DNA of 64,000 bases. Origin: Cyanobacteria bacterium P01_F01_bin.150 (GTDB lineage: Bacteria > Cyanobacteriota > Cyanobacteriia > CAKZMO01). The notes beneath the pieces are model-generated. The model ran no database searches. It worked only from the letters and a program-made list of their open reading frames with translations, and was not told where the DNA came from. The translations under genes were made by a program, and so were the position numbers. Shown here one piece after another: positions 41,821 to 51,120 of the stretch. Location of the stretch: contig JBCCYL010000028.1 in the NCBI GenBank assembly GCA_039189765.1, forward strand, positions 1 to 64,000, read 5' to 3'. Within the stretch, counting starts at the first letter, position 1. The number at the start of each line of letters is the position of its first letter.

Positions 41821-42357
41821 ATGAAAATTTTACGAGTGCAAGAGTTAATAGAGGGATATCAACAAGGCGATCGAGACTTTCAATTTCGGCAGCTAAGGAA
41901 GGCCGATTTATTTGATTGCAATCTTCAGAACATTAATCTTCAGGGTTGCGATTTGCGGGGCGGATATCTGTGTTACGGCAATTTAAGTCGAGCAAACCTG
42001 TCGTCAGCAAACTTGGAAGCAGCCGATCTTTCTAGTTCCATCCTTCATGCTGCCCAATTGGACGGTTCAAATCTCGTGGGCTGTAATTTCCACCGAGCCT
42101 CTTTATATGCTGCCAATCTGCAACATTCAAACTTAGTGCAGGCTAATTTTCAAGTGGCTGATTTGCGACAGGTTAATTTTAACGGAGCGAAGCTTCAGGG
42201 GGCGATTCTTCGTCATGCAAATATCACCCAAGCAACCTTTGACCGCGCTGATTTAAGGCAATGTGATCTTCACCGGGCGAAGGGAGCCAACCTTCGAGGG
42301 GCAATTATAGATGAGACAACTATTATGCCCAATGGCTATCGTGGAAGTTCAACGTGA
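41821..42357 (+). CDS. Pentapeptide repeat protein
   Basis: Y..G.RDF start and A(D/N)Lxx repeats. Confidence 0.93.
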   Translation: MKILRVQELIEGYQQGDRDFQFRQLRKADLFDCNLQNINLQGCDLRGGYLCYGNLSRANLSSANLEAADLSSSILHAAQLDGSNLVGCNFHRASLYAANLQHSNLVQANFQVADLRQVNFNGAKLQGAILRHANITQATFDRADLRQCDLHRAKGANLRGAIIDETTIMPNGYRGSST

Positions 42358-42366
42358 GATGGCGAG

Positions 42367-42466
42367 ACAGTGGCAAGAGGACAACATCGCTCCTCAGGTG
42401 GTCTTTGAAATTTTGTCCCCTAGTAACCGTAAAGGAAAAATGCAGGAAAAATTTGACTTCTTTGAT
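42367..42466 (+). pseudogene. Uma2-family endonuclease fragment
   Basis: QWQEDNIAPQVVFEILSPSNRKGKMQEKFDFFD, an isolated internal Uma2 segment. Confidence 0.7.
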
Positions 42467-42768
42467 TATCCGATGGATATTCGGCGAGGGCACTGGTTCA
42501 GCCTAATTAATCTTTCAAAAGCCTTGCCGTACATTGCTTAGACAATAGAGTGAAGCTGTAGAACCTCCTCCACGCTCAACCCCCTTTTTAGAATTCCTAT
42601 GGCCACAGGCAGGCACCATTTTCTGATCTATGTGCAGCAGGGACGTTTCCAGTCGTAAAATGAGGATTAACAAAATTATGAGTAATCCACAAAATATCCA
42701 ATACTCTCAAGGGGATTGGTTAGAACTCTGGGATCTGAGTGTAGTCCCTTCTGCCTTCTGCCTTTATT

Positions 42769-43602
42769 TCACTCCTCATCTGGATTAATGCCAAGCACTC
42801 TCAGCTTTTCAGCTAAACGCTCAGCCCGCGATCGCTCTTGTTCAGCCCGCGATCGCTCCTGTTCAGCTATTTGTTCCGCGACTTGCCGTTGTTGACGCTC
42901 TGCCTCTGCCTCAGTTGGAATCCATTCTCCATTTACGTCATACCAACGCAACCAATGTAGGGGATACCCTTTAAACTCCCCTTGCCACACCCCCAGACCA
43001 ATCCCCATGTCGTCCAGCCAAAATCGACCGGACGACACATCCTGCTCTTGATAGCTGCCGTTCACTAATGTGAACACCCGAAACCGATGGTCAATGCGGT
43101 TGAATATGACGTATGTTGGCACCTGGAGAATCTGCTCATTGGTCGGTGTTTCGTCGGGTTCTCGCTCAGTCTCACCCAAGTCCGACTTTGCCGTTTTGGG
43201 TGAGAGCAACTCCACGGCGATAAATGGAACCACCTGTTCATCCCACACTACATAACTCAGCCGCAAATCTGTACCATCATAAAGGCGCGGCACCCCAGCC
43301 ACTGCAAACCAATCGGGGCGCTTATGCCAGTTTGGATGGCTGCGATCGTAATATACATTCAAATCACTGCCTGTGAATATCTGATCTTCAGCCACTGTGG
43401 GTAATCGTAGAGTGTCACTCAGTAACTCGGGTTGAAGATTGTGAAATTTGTCAGGCAAACCGTCTTCCTCGGGATATTCGCTGGGCAGGTCATACATGGT
43501 TGGCCACTCTTTCTGAGGCCCATTATTCCGAGGCCCAGTGTTCTGAGGGGAAGTCACAGCAAGAGTGGGTGGTTGCTCATAGGATGGTCTGGCAGTTGTC
43601 AT
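42769..43602 (-). CDS. Uma2-family (DUF820) endonuclease
   Basis: PTMYDLPSE.PEE.GLPD.FH, KRPDWF, VELLSP, WLRWYD, C-terminal AEQERSR repeats. Confidence 0.92.
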   Translation of the reverse strand: MTTARPSYEQPPTLAVTSPQNTGPRNNGPQKEWPTMYDLPSEYPEEDGLPDKFHNLQPELLSDTLRLPTVAEDQIFTGSDLNVYYDRSHPNWHKRPDWFAVAGVPRLYDGTDLRLSYVVWDEQVVPFIAVELLSPKTAKSDLGETEREPDETPTNEQILQVPTYVIFNRIDHRFRVFTLVNGSYQEQDVSSGRFWLDDMGIGLGVWQGEFKGYPLHWLRWYDVNGEWIPTEAEAERQQRQVAEQIAEQERSRAEQERSRAERLAEKLRVLGINPDEE

Positions 43603-43655
43603 CTTGACCTCGCTGAATCTGAGCGGTTGGAATATTTTTATTGTAATGCCTCAGT

Positions 43656-43717
43656 GAGTTGGGGAGTTGGGGTGTTGGGGAGTTGGGGAGTTGGGGTGTT
43701 GAGGAGTTGAGGAGTTG
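43656..43717 (+). repeat. Octamer tandem repeat (GAGTTGGG), about 8 units
   Basis: gagttggggagttggggtgttggggagttggggagttggggtgttgaggagttgaggagttg. Confidence 0.9.
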
Positions 43718-43838
43718 CCCCCCACCTGTAAAAAAATGATGACACAGATTGTTGAGGTATATTGTTGAGTCATCGTCAGGAACAGTGTATAACTTGACTT
43801 TGATCACCAACATCGTTTTTAGTGTGGGAGACGTTTAT

Positions 43839-45557
43839 ATGAATAGCTTTAGTCACCGTTTCAATCATCGGACTAACGCATCTGCTAAGCCTGCGAGTTT
43901 TCTGATAAAGCGTCTCCCTAGTACTGTCTTTGGAAAATGGCTAGGAACGTCTGGGCTGTGTATCACTTTAGCGCTAGCAGGTTGTGGTGCCCCTTCAACT
44001 ACTACCAAAAGCACTGACTCTGCTACTGATACGTCTGCGACCGAAGCTGCTGCATCATCGAGCAGCAATCGTATTTCCATGGGAACTACACTGACGGTGA
44101 ACACCCTGGATCCTGCTGATGCATACACCATTTTTCCAGGTATCTTGCTATACAATATGGGCGATCGCCTCTACACTTACAAACCTGGCACCACAAGCCT
44201 TATTCCCCAACTGGCAACAGAAATGCCTACCATTAGTGAAGATGGTCTGACCTACACGATTCCTTTACGAGAAGGCGTCAAATTTCATGATGGTAGTGAT
44301 TTCAACGCTGAGGTAATGGTCCACTCCATTAATCGCTTTATACAAAATGGTGGCGGTCCTTCTGCATTACTCTCTGGTCAGATTGAGTCAGTTGAAGCAA
44401 CTGGTGACTATGAAATAACTATTACCCTCCAGTCCCCTTTCGCAGCATTCACTGGTCTACTGTCTTTTTGGGGAACAACTCCAGTTCCCCCCGAGAGCTA
44501 TCCTATCGCTGAGGGTGACTTTTTACCCGATACTTTTGTTGGTACAGGACCTTACAAGCTTGTAGAAAAAACTCCAGACGTTATTCGCCTTGAGGCTTTT
44601 GATGATTATTGGGGAACTCAACCTGCCAATTCTGGATATGATATTCAGCTCTTTTCTAGCCCTGCCAATCTTTACAACACATTTAAGACTGGAGGAGTTG
44701 ATATTGCATATCAAACTCTAGATCCTGACCAGATTCGAGATTTAGAAAAAAATTCTGATGCAGGTGGGTGGCAAGTGATCGAAGCGGGTTCTACTGTGGT
44801 CAATTATCTGATATTGAATCAAAAACTAGCGCCAGTTGATGATGTCAATGTTCGAAAGGCGATTGCTGCCATGATCGATCGTAATCTTCTGAATGAGCGT
44901 GTATTTCAAGGGCAAGCCAGTCCTTTATATAGTCTGGTGCCAACTAATTTCGATGTGGATAAGCCTGTATTCAAGAATTTATATGGCGACGGAGATGCGG
45001 AAAAAGCAAAGGGCTTTTTACAAGAGGCTGGATATGATGCCAACAACCCTCTAGTGCTAGAAATATGGTATCCATCTGCTTCGACTGAGCGTAACCTGGT
45101 GGCGACCACCTTGGAAGCGTCTATTGAACAAATGATGGATGGTGCAGTCGACATTCAAGTGAATGATGTGGAAGGTGCTACTGGAAGGGCAAATCTTGAG
45201 AAGGGAGTGTATCAGAGCTTTTTATCTAATTGGTACCTTGACTTTTTCGATCCCGACAACTTTATTCAGCCTTTTATGCAGTGTTTGGATGGAGAAGCGA
45301 GCAAAGGTTGTAATAGTGTTGATAATGATGCCTTCTACTTTAATCCCGAAGTCAATGAGCTAATCACTAAGCAGCGTCAAGAGACAGATGTAGACGTTCG
45401 AAATAAATATTTTGGTGAACTTCAGGATATTCTGGGTGAGGATGTCCCCTATATTCCCCTCTGGCAGAATAAGGACTATGTGTTTGCCCAGGGCGGTGTT
45501 CAAAATGTCAGCATCGAGCCAACACAGCAGTTTTTGCTGTGGCAAGTAAGTAAATAA
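43839..45557 (+). CDS. ABC peptide/nickel-family substrate-binding lipoprotein
   Basis: Lipobox LAGC, LDPAD, VKFHDG, GTGPY, VPYIPL; ATG 43839 preferred. Confidence 0.92.
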   Translation: MNSFSHRFNHRTNASAKPASFLIKRLPSTVFGKWLGTSGLCITLALAGCGAPSTTTKSTDSATDTSATEAAASSSSNRISMGTTLTVNTLDPADAYTIFPGILLYNMGDRLYTYKPGTTSLIPQLATEMPTISEDGLTYTIPLREGVKFHDGSDFNAEVMVHSINRFIQNGGGPSALLSGQIESVEATGDYEITITLQSPFAAFTGLLSFWGTTPVPPESYPIAEGDFLPDTFVGTGPYKLVEKTPDVIRLEAFDDYWGTQPANSGYDIQLFSSPANLYNTFKTGGVDIAYQTLDPDQIRDLEKNSDAGGWQVIEAGSTVVNYLILNQKLAPVDDVNVRKAIAAMIDRNLLNERVFQGQASPLYSLVPTNFDVDKPVFKNLYGDGDAEKAKGFLQEAGYDANNPLVLEIWYPSASTERNLVATTLEASIEQMMDGAVDIQVNDVEGATGRANLEKGVYQSFLSNWYLDFFDPDNFIQPFMQCLDGEASKGCNSVDNDAFYFNPEVNELITKQRQETDVDVRNKYFGELQDILGEDVPYIPLWQNKDYVFAQGGVQNVSIEPTQQFLLWQVSK

Positions 45558-45576
45558 AGTCTGGATATGCAAAAGG

Positions 45577-45607
45577 AGGGCCAGAGCAATAACTACGCTC
45601 TGGCCCT
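45577..45607. terminator. Hairpin between the convergent substrate-binding protein and nirA genes
   Basis: agggccagagc-aataactac-gctctggccct, a perfect 11-bp stem. Confidence 0.65.
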
Positions 45608-45663
45608 AATCTGTAGCTTTAGCCCATCGTTGCCATCCATGGTGGGACGCCTAGACAGATAAG

Positions 45664-47217
45664 CTATGCTTTCAACGTAGCTCCGAACTTCTCAACCATT
45701 AGCTCAGTCAGCAGAGGCTTTAAGTCTTCACAAGGTACGGATTGCATAACCCGTTCACCCAGATGGGCATCTTTACCTACTTTTCCGCCCATGTAAATGT
45801 CCACCGCTTGGACTGTCTTACCGTCCTTTCGGGTTTTGGTGCCTAGGAAACCGATGTCGGCGACCTGGGGCTGACCACAGGAGTTAGGACAGCCTGTCCA
45901 GTGCATGCGGATAGGCTGGGAGAATTCCAGATCTTTCTCCAATTCCCGTGCCAATTCCAACCCTTGCTGTTTGGTTTCAATCAGGGCGAAATTGCAGAAT
46001 TGAGCACCGGTGCAAGACACGAGTGAGCGGGTCAACGCAGCAGGACTGGGGGAAAATCTTTCCAACAGTGGTTCCTGAAGCAGAGCCTCAACGTTCTCCT
46101 CAGCAACATAGGAGATAATAGCGTTTTGCTCAACCGTCAGTCGTAGCTCCCCCTGGCCATACACTTCTGCAATGCGGGCTAGGTCAAACATATCTTGAGC
46201 CATCAGACGTCCGGCCGGAATATTAAGACCAATGTACTTGAATCCCTCTTGCTTTTGAGCATGGACCCCTAGATGGTCCCGCTTATCCCAATCCATCTCA
46301 TCTTCAGGCGCTTCCTTTAGCAAGCGTTGGCCAAATTTCTTCTCAACTTCGTGGCGGAATTTTTCCATGCCCCACTCGTCAATTAGCCACATTAGACGAG
46401 ACTTCTGGCGATTAGCTCTAGCCCCATTGTCTCGAAAGACCTCCAGGATTGCCCGGCATAGATCGACCACTTGCCCATTGGGGGGCACCCAGGCATCAAG
46501 GGGTACAGCTGCGGCACAGCGCTTGGCCGAAAAGAACCCGCCTACAACAACATTAAAGCCCAGCTCACCCTCTCGATAGGCAGGAACAAAAGCAATGTCG
46601 TTAATCTCTGCATGAATAGAGTTGTCCCGTCCACCCTCAATAGCAATGTTGAATTTACGAGGAAGATTTGTAAATTCAGGGTTACCATCACCGTTATTGG
46701 TGATCATGTCTTGAACGTCTTGAACAAGGTCCCGCACGTCCAACAGCTCATCTGCATCAATGCCAGACACCGGCGATGCGGTAAGGTTCCGAACATTGTC
46801 CATGCCGGACTGCATAGATGTCAGCCCCACGGCATGCATCCGCTTAAAAATATCAGGAATGTCCTCAAAGCGAATCCCCCGTAGCTGTAAATTTTGACGG
46901 GTAGTGATGTCGGCGCTGCCATCATCGCCATAACGTTGTACCACCTCAGCCAAAACATTCATCTGTTGGCTGGTAATCATTCCACTGGGCATCCGTAGGC
47001 GCAACATAAACTTGCCAGGAGTAACAGGGCGAAAGAAGACTCCCAACCATTTCAAGCGATGATTGCGATCATCATCATCAATGGCTTCCCAACCCATCGC
47101 CACAAACTCATCAATAGAGTCTTTGACCGCAAGGCCATCTTTTGCAGCTTTAATTTTTTCAAATTTATTGAGTTTTTGCTTTTTCTTTTGCTTAGGCTCA
47201 ACGACTACGCTAGTCAC
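45664..47217 (-). CDS. nirA: Ferredoxin--nitrite reductase
   Basis: ITTRQNLQLRG, NLPRKFN, CTGAQFC and GCPNSCG siroheme/Fe-S ligands. Confidence 0.97.
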   Translation of the reverse strand: MTSVVVEPKQKKKQKLNKFEKIKAAKDGLAVKDSIDEFVAMGWEAIDDDDRNHRLKWLGVFFRPVTPGKFMLRLRMPSGMITSQQMNVLAEVVQRYGDDGSADITTRQNLQLRGIRFEDIPDIFKRMHAVGLTSMQSGMDNVRNLTASPVSGIDADELLDVRDLVQDVQDMITNNGDGNPEFTNLPRKFNIAIEGGRDNSIHAEINDIAFVPAYREGELGFNVVVGGFFSAKRCAAAVPLDAWVPPNGQVVDLCRAILEVFRDNGARANRQKSRLMWLIDEWGMEKFRHEVEKKFGQRLLKEAPEDEMDWDKRDHLGVHAQKQEGFKYIGLNIPAGRLMAQDMFDLARIAEVYGQGELRLTVEQNAIISYVAEENVEALLQEPLLERFSPSPAALTRSLVSCTGAQFCNFALIETKQQGLELARELEKDLEFSQPIRMHWTGCPNSCGQPQVADIGFLGTKTRKDGKTVQAVDIYMGGKVGKDAHLGERVMQSVPCEDLKPLLTELMVEKFGATLKA

Positions 47218-47403
47218 TGCACTCCCCTCGCCAACTTAGGCCAGCATTAACGGTACATATTATTGTCAATCGGATCATAAGACTTGGTGGTAGAGCATTT
47301 GGTACTGCTGATTAAGGCATTGATTACACCCATCTTGGTGCGCCCATCGTTAATCCATGTTGCTAGTTAAAAACCAAAGCCATAGAGTTCCTCAATGTAC
47401 TAG

Positions 47404-47447
47404 ATATTAAAGCGAGTAGAAATATTGAGTTTTGTAATTGATGTTAC
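47404..47447 (-). promoter_or_regulatory. NtcA-activated nirA promoter
   Basis: GTA-attgatgt-TAC at 47434-47447; TAATAT -10-like hexamer on the minus strand at 47404-47409, about 24 nt downstream. Confidence 0.8.
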
Positions 47448-47460
47448 AAATTAGCTTCTA

Positions 47461-47501
47461 ACATGCAGCTTGCGCATAGGGTAAATGCGTAAGCTGCATG
47501 T
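47461..47501. promoter_or_regulatory. Two NtcB (LysR)-type boxes ATGC-N7-GCAT
   Basis: ATGCagcttgcGCAT (47463-47477) and ATGCgtaagctGCAT (47485-47499), directly upstream of the NtcA box. Confidence 0.7.
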
Positions 47502-47988
47502 ATGCACTTAAGATTCACATAGCCGAATGGCAACCGCGTTTGAGCTAGTTGCAATCGTTACATAAGTCCAGATACGCGGATACGCAACCGCTTCAAAGAA
47601 AGGCCATCGTTAAGAAATGGGTGGATATGTTCGTGAGCATTATGCTGGTATAGTTATGCCCGAAAAGACAGAGAGTTGGAGGGTTGGCTTGCTAAGGAGC
47701 GATCGCTCTAAAAAATCATTGATCTTGTCGAAAAGATTTCCGTAACGACTTCAGAAGCGAATGAAGTATACAAACAAGGCAGGACAACACCTGGAAAGAG
47801 CCCCCACTACCAGATGTTGTCCCGTGAATACTGTACACAAGACTTTCAGAAATTGCTAGAAATGCTTCTGAAGTTTTAATTATCGTCTCCATCCGTCATT
47901 GCTCTAAACGTTTCAGAAATGGCAAGAAGGCAAGAAGGCAAATAGTTTCAGGCCCCTGATACGACTATTTGATATGGGTATGGATTTT

Positions 47989-48071
47989 GAGAGTATTAAC
48001 GTTAGGCGAGTGTTGGTGGTGGTTGCGTCCACGCCACCGTTCATTTTGTTTTGACTTGATAATGAAACTCC
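47989..48071 (+). repeat. Degenerate dispersed repeat family A copy
   Basis: gagagtattaacgttaggcgagtg...ccaccgttcattttgttttgacttgataatgaaactcc. Confidence 0.7.
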
Positions 48072-48255
48072 AACGAAGATCAGTGGGCTAGAAAGGTATC
48101 AAATCTCATCAAACAGACTGTTCTGGCCTACCGATGCTCATAGAATAGTCACAGTTTTATATGTGGGGTTACATTGGGTTGGATTAAGTCCACAGCTCAC
48201 CCGATCGAAATGAGCCTACGCATACACCAAGCTATAAGGAGATAACATCCAGCCC

Positions 48256-49908
48256 ATGATAGCGACATCCTTTCTAGAGGCCATCAGTTTCGACACCCTA
48301 GCCTCTATGGTGCCACCGGATTTAGTCACACTCTTAGCCACAGAAGTGTCAGAAGGCCGAACGGAAGCTATTGAAGAAAAATTGGCCCAGTTTTTACTTG
48401 TTCTCTGTGTGTCCCTTAGCGTGGCTGCCCTTTCCAGAACGGTGAGCCTCTTTCGCCAAATCCCCTATACCTTGCTGTTAGTGATTGTGGGTTTGGGGCT
48501 GGCGATTTTGGACATTCGCCTAGTCCGGTTATCGCCAGAGCTGATCTTGCTTATATTTCTGCCGCCCTTGCTTTTTGAAGCAGGATGGAATTTGGCTTGG
48601 AAAAACCTCAAGCAAAACTTTATCCCGATTTGTCTGTTTGCCATTATCGGCGTCGTGATCTCCGTAGCTGGTATTGGCTTTGGATTGCAGGCGATCGCGG
48701 GTCTTTCCCTGGGCACTGCTTTACTAGTGGGTGCCAGTTTATCCGCCACCGACCCAGTTTCGGTGATTGCCCTATTCCGAGAATTAGGGGTTGATAAAAA
48801 GCTGACGGTTTTAATGGAAGGAGAAAGCTTATTTAACGATGGGGTTGCCGTTGTTGCCTTTAGTCTGTTAATCGGCGTGGCCATGGGGACCGACACTCTA
48901 ACTGTACCTCTGGCGATTGTTAAGTTCCTTACGTTTGTTGGCGTAGGTGTGGGGGTCGGTGGTGTAATTGGCTTTGGAATTTCCTTTTTGACCCAGCGCT
49001 TTGATATTCCTTCTGTAGAGCAGTCCTTGACCCTGATTGCCGCCTATGGCACTTATGTTCTTTCTGAAGAATTGGGCGGTTCTGGCGTTATTGCTGTGGT
49101 GACGGTGGGTCTTATTTTGGGCAACTTTGGGTCTCGCATTGGCATGAATCCTCGCACTCGCCTAATCGTGTCAGAGTTTTGGGAGTTTATCTCGTTTTTT
49201 GTGAACTCCATTGTGTTTTTGCTGATTGGTGACCAGGTCCGCTATGCGGATTTGGCTAGTAACTTGGATCTAATTTTGGTAGCGATCGCCACCGTGATTG
49301 CCACCCGCGCCGTTGGAATTTACGGCTTATCTCTGGTAAGCAACGCTATTACCGATGCAGATCTCAAAATTTCTGAGCAAACAGTTTTATGGTGGGGAGG
49401 ATTACGAGGGTCTGTTTCTATTGCCCTAGCCCTTAGTGTTCCAGCCATCTTTCCTGGTCGTGAAGAAATTATTGCCATTGTCTTTGGCGTAATGTTGTTT
49501 ACGCTGCTGGTGCAAGGATTAACCACTAAGCCGCTGTTGGAGAAGCTCGATTTGCTGGGCGACCAGCCAATGAAGCAGAAGTACTTGGAGGCGATCGCCC
49601 GTCGGATCGCCCTCGATCGTGTTTTAGATCATCTTACAAAGCTGGTTGAGCGCAAAGAGCTTGAAGAAGAATACTACAACTACCAAAAGGCATTAGTGGG
49701 TGGACAGCTCAACAGTATTCGCGAAGAGATTACTAAAATGCAGCAAATTCATCCCGAGTATCAGGAGTTGATGACAGAGCAACTGCGGGAAGAAATGCTG
49801 GCGATTGAGTCGGATACCTATGCGGAATTTATTCGAGCTGGGCGATTAAAGGATTCTTTGTCACCGCTGCTGGAAGACGTCTTATCCTCAGGCGGTCGTG
49901 ATGATTGA
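48256..49908 (+). CDS. CPA1 Na+/H+ antiporter (NhaS1/NhaP-type)
   Basis: FLPPLLFEA, SATDPVSV, EGESLFNDG, WGGLRG. Confidence 0.94.
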   Translation: MIATSFLEAISFDTLASMVPPDLVTLLATEVSEGRTEAIEEKLAQFLLVLCVSLSVAALSRTVSLFRQIPYTLLLVIVGLGLAILDIRLVRLSPELILLIFLPPLLFEAGWNLAWKNLKQNFIPICLFAIIGVVISVAGIGFGLQAIAGLSLGTALLVGASLSATDPVSVIALFRELGVDKKLTVLMEGESLFNDGVAVVAFSLLIGVAMGTDTLTVPLAIVKFLTFVGVGVGVGGVIGFGISFLTQRFDIPSVEQSLTLIAAYGTYVLSEELGGSGVIAVVTVGLILGNFGSRIGMNPRTRLIVSEFWEFISFFVNSIVFLLIGDQVRYADLASNLDLILVAIATVIATRAVGIYGLSLVSNAITDADLKISEQTVLWWGGLRGSVSIALALSVPAIFPGREEIIAIVFGVMLFTLLVQGLTTKPLLEKLDLLGDQPMKQKYLEAIARRIALDRVLDHLTKLVERKELEEEYYNYQKALVGGQLNSIREEITKMQQIHPEYQELMTEQLREEMLAIESDTYAEFIRAGRLKDSLSPLLEDVLSSGGRDD

Positions 49909-50007
49909 TTTTGACAAATCAATTTTTGTATCTACTCCACAACTCTATAACTCCATAACCTTCTTTATTTATCGCTCACAATATGCGTAATTAATTAGGG
50001 GTGCCTC

Positions 50008-50910
50008 ATGTATTGGTCTAATGGACAATTATTTGAGTCTAATGAGATTACCCTCACCATCGACGATCCGGGTCTTTTATATGGGGCCACCGTCTTTACA
50101 ACGCTAAGAGTATGGCAAGAGTCATTAGACCATCCATTGAGCTTTTGGCAAGAGCACTGCGATCGCCTCCACCACAGCGTCCAGTCCTTTGGCTGGACAC
50201 AACCCAATTGGCCCCAGTTACGTCAAGGGGCTGAAACTATTGCTCACCATTATCCCGTTCTGCGTATCACAATTTTTCCCGATGGGCGGGAGTTGATTAC
50301 GGGGCGATCGCTTCCCGCCAATCTTCAGCAGTCGCAACAGGATGGCGCATCTGCTTGGGTTGCACCTGCGGATTTGGGGCGATCGCTGCCTGGACATAAA
50401 ACCGGAAACTATTTGGCCTGTTGGCTCGCTGGACAGCAGGCACGTGCTCATGGTTGTCAAGAGGCAATCTTGACCGATGATCAGGGCAATTGGCTAGAGA
50501 CCAGTACGGGCAATTTATGGGGATGGGCCGACGGATGCTGGTGGACACCTCAATTAAGCGCATCAGCATCAAGGCATCCTGACAATAAATGTAGAGAAAT
50601 CTTGCCTGGGGTGGGGCGATCGCACCTAATTCGGCTTTTAAGGTGGCACAATATAAAGATAAAAGAATCAAAATGGAATTCTGATCAAGTGTCTCATTTT
50701 GAAACGCTCCTATATACGAATAGTGTGCGGCATGTTGTTCCCATTGCTCATGTTCTGATCAACCGAAGATTTGTGCTACAGACGACGGAGATCATTAAAA
50801 GTGATTACTCAGGCGATGAAGATGTTAAATATGAGAAGACTGAAGTAGTTGCATATTCTCCTCACCATCCTCAGGTTCATTTACTGAGAGGCCTATTCAG
50901 GAGTGTTTAG
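50008..50910 (+). CDS. Aminotransferase class IV (4-amino-4-deoxychorismate lyase-like)
   Basis: GLLYGATVFTTLR, HKTGNY, ETSTGNLW, LPG..R, TNS. Confidence 0.85.
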   Translation: MYWSNGQLFESNEITLTIDDPGLLYGATVFTTLRVWQESLDHPLSFWQEHCDRLHHSVQSFGWTQPNWPQLRQGAETIAHHYPVLRITIFPDGRELITGRSLPANLQQSQQDGASAWVAPADLGRSLPGHKTGNYLACWLAGQQARAHGCQEAILTDDQGNWLETSTGNLWGWADGCWWTPQLSASASRHPDNKCREILPGVGRSHLIRLLRWHNIKIKESKWNSDQVSHFETLLYTNSVRHVVPIAHVLINRRFVLQTTEIIKSDYSGDEDVKYEKTEVVAYSPHHPQVHLLRGLFRSV

Positions 50911-51120
50911 AACATTGATGATTGCAGTAGTTTAAGCAAATTATGATCAGGGCATTCTAATTTGCGTTAATATTAGTTAACATAACGAGCATTAAGAGAA
51001 AAAATTAAACCGTCAGCTAGTCGTAGCAGTGTCAAAAAGTTGTCCTCAGGTGGGTAACGGTTGGCAAGCAGTAAATCGGCAGACAACAATCGACAGACAA
51101 CGTTAGGAGGAAAATTCCCG

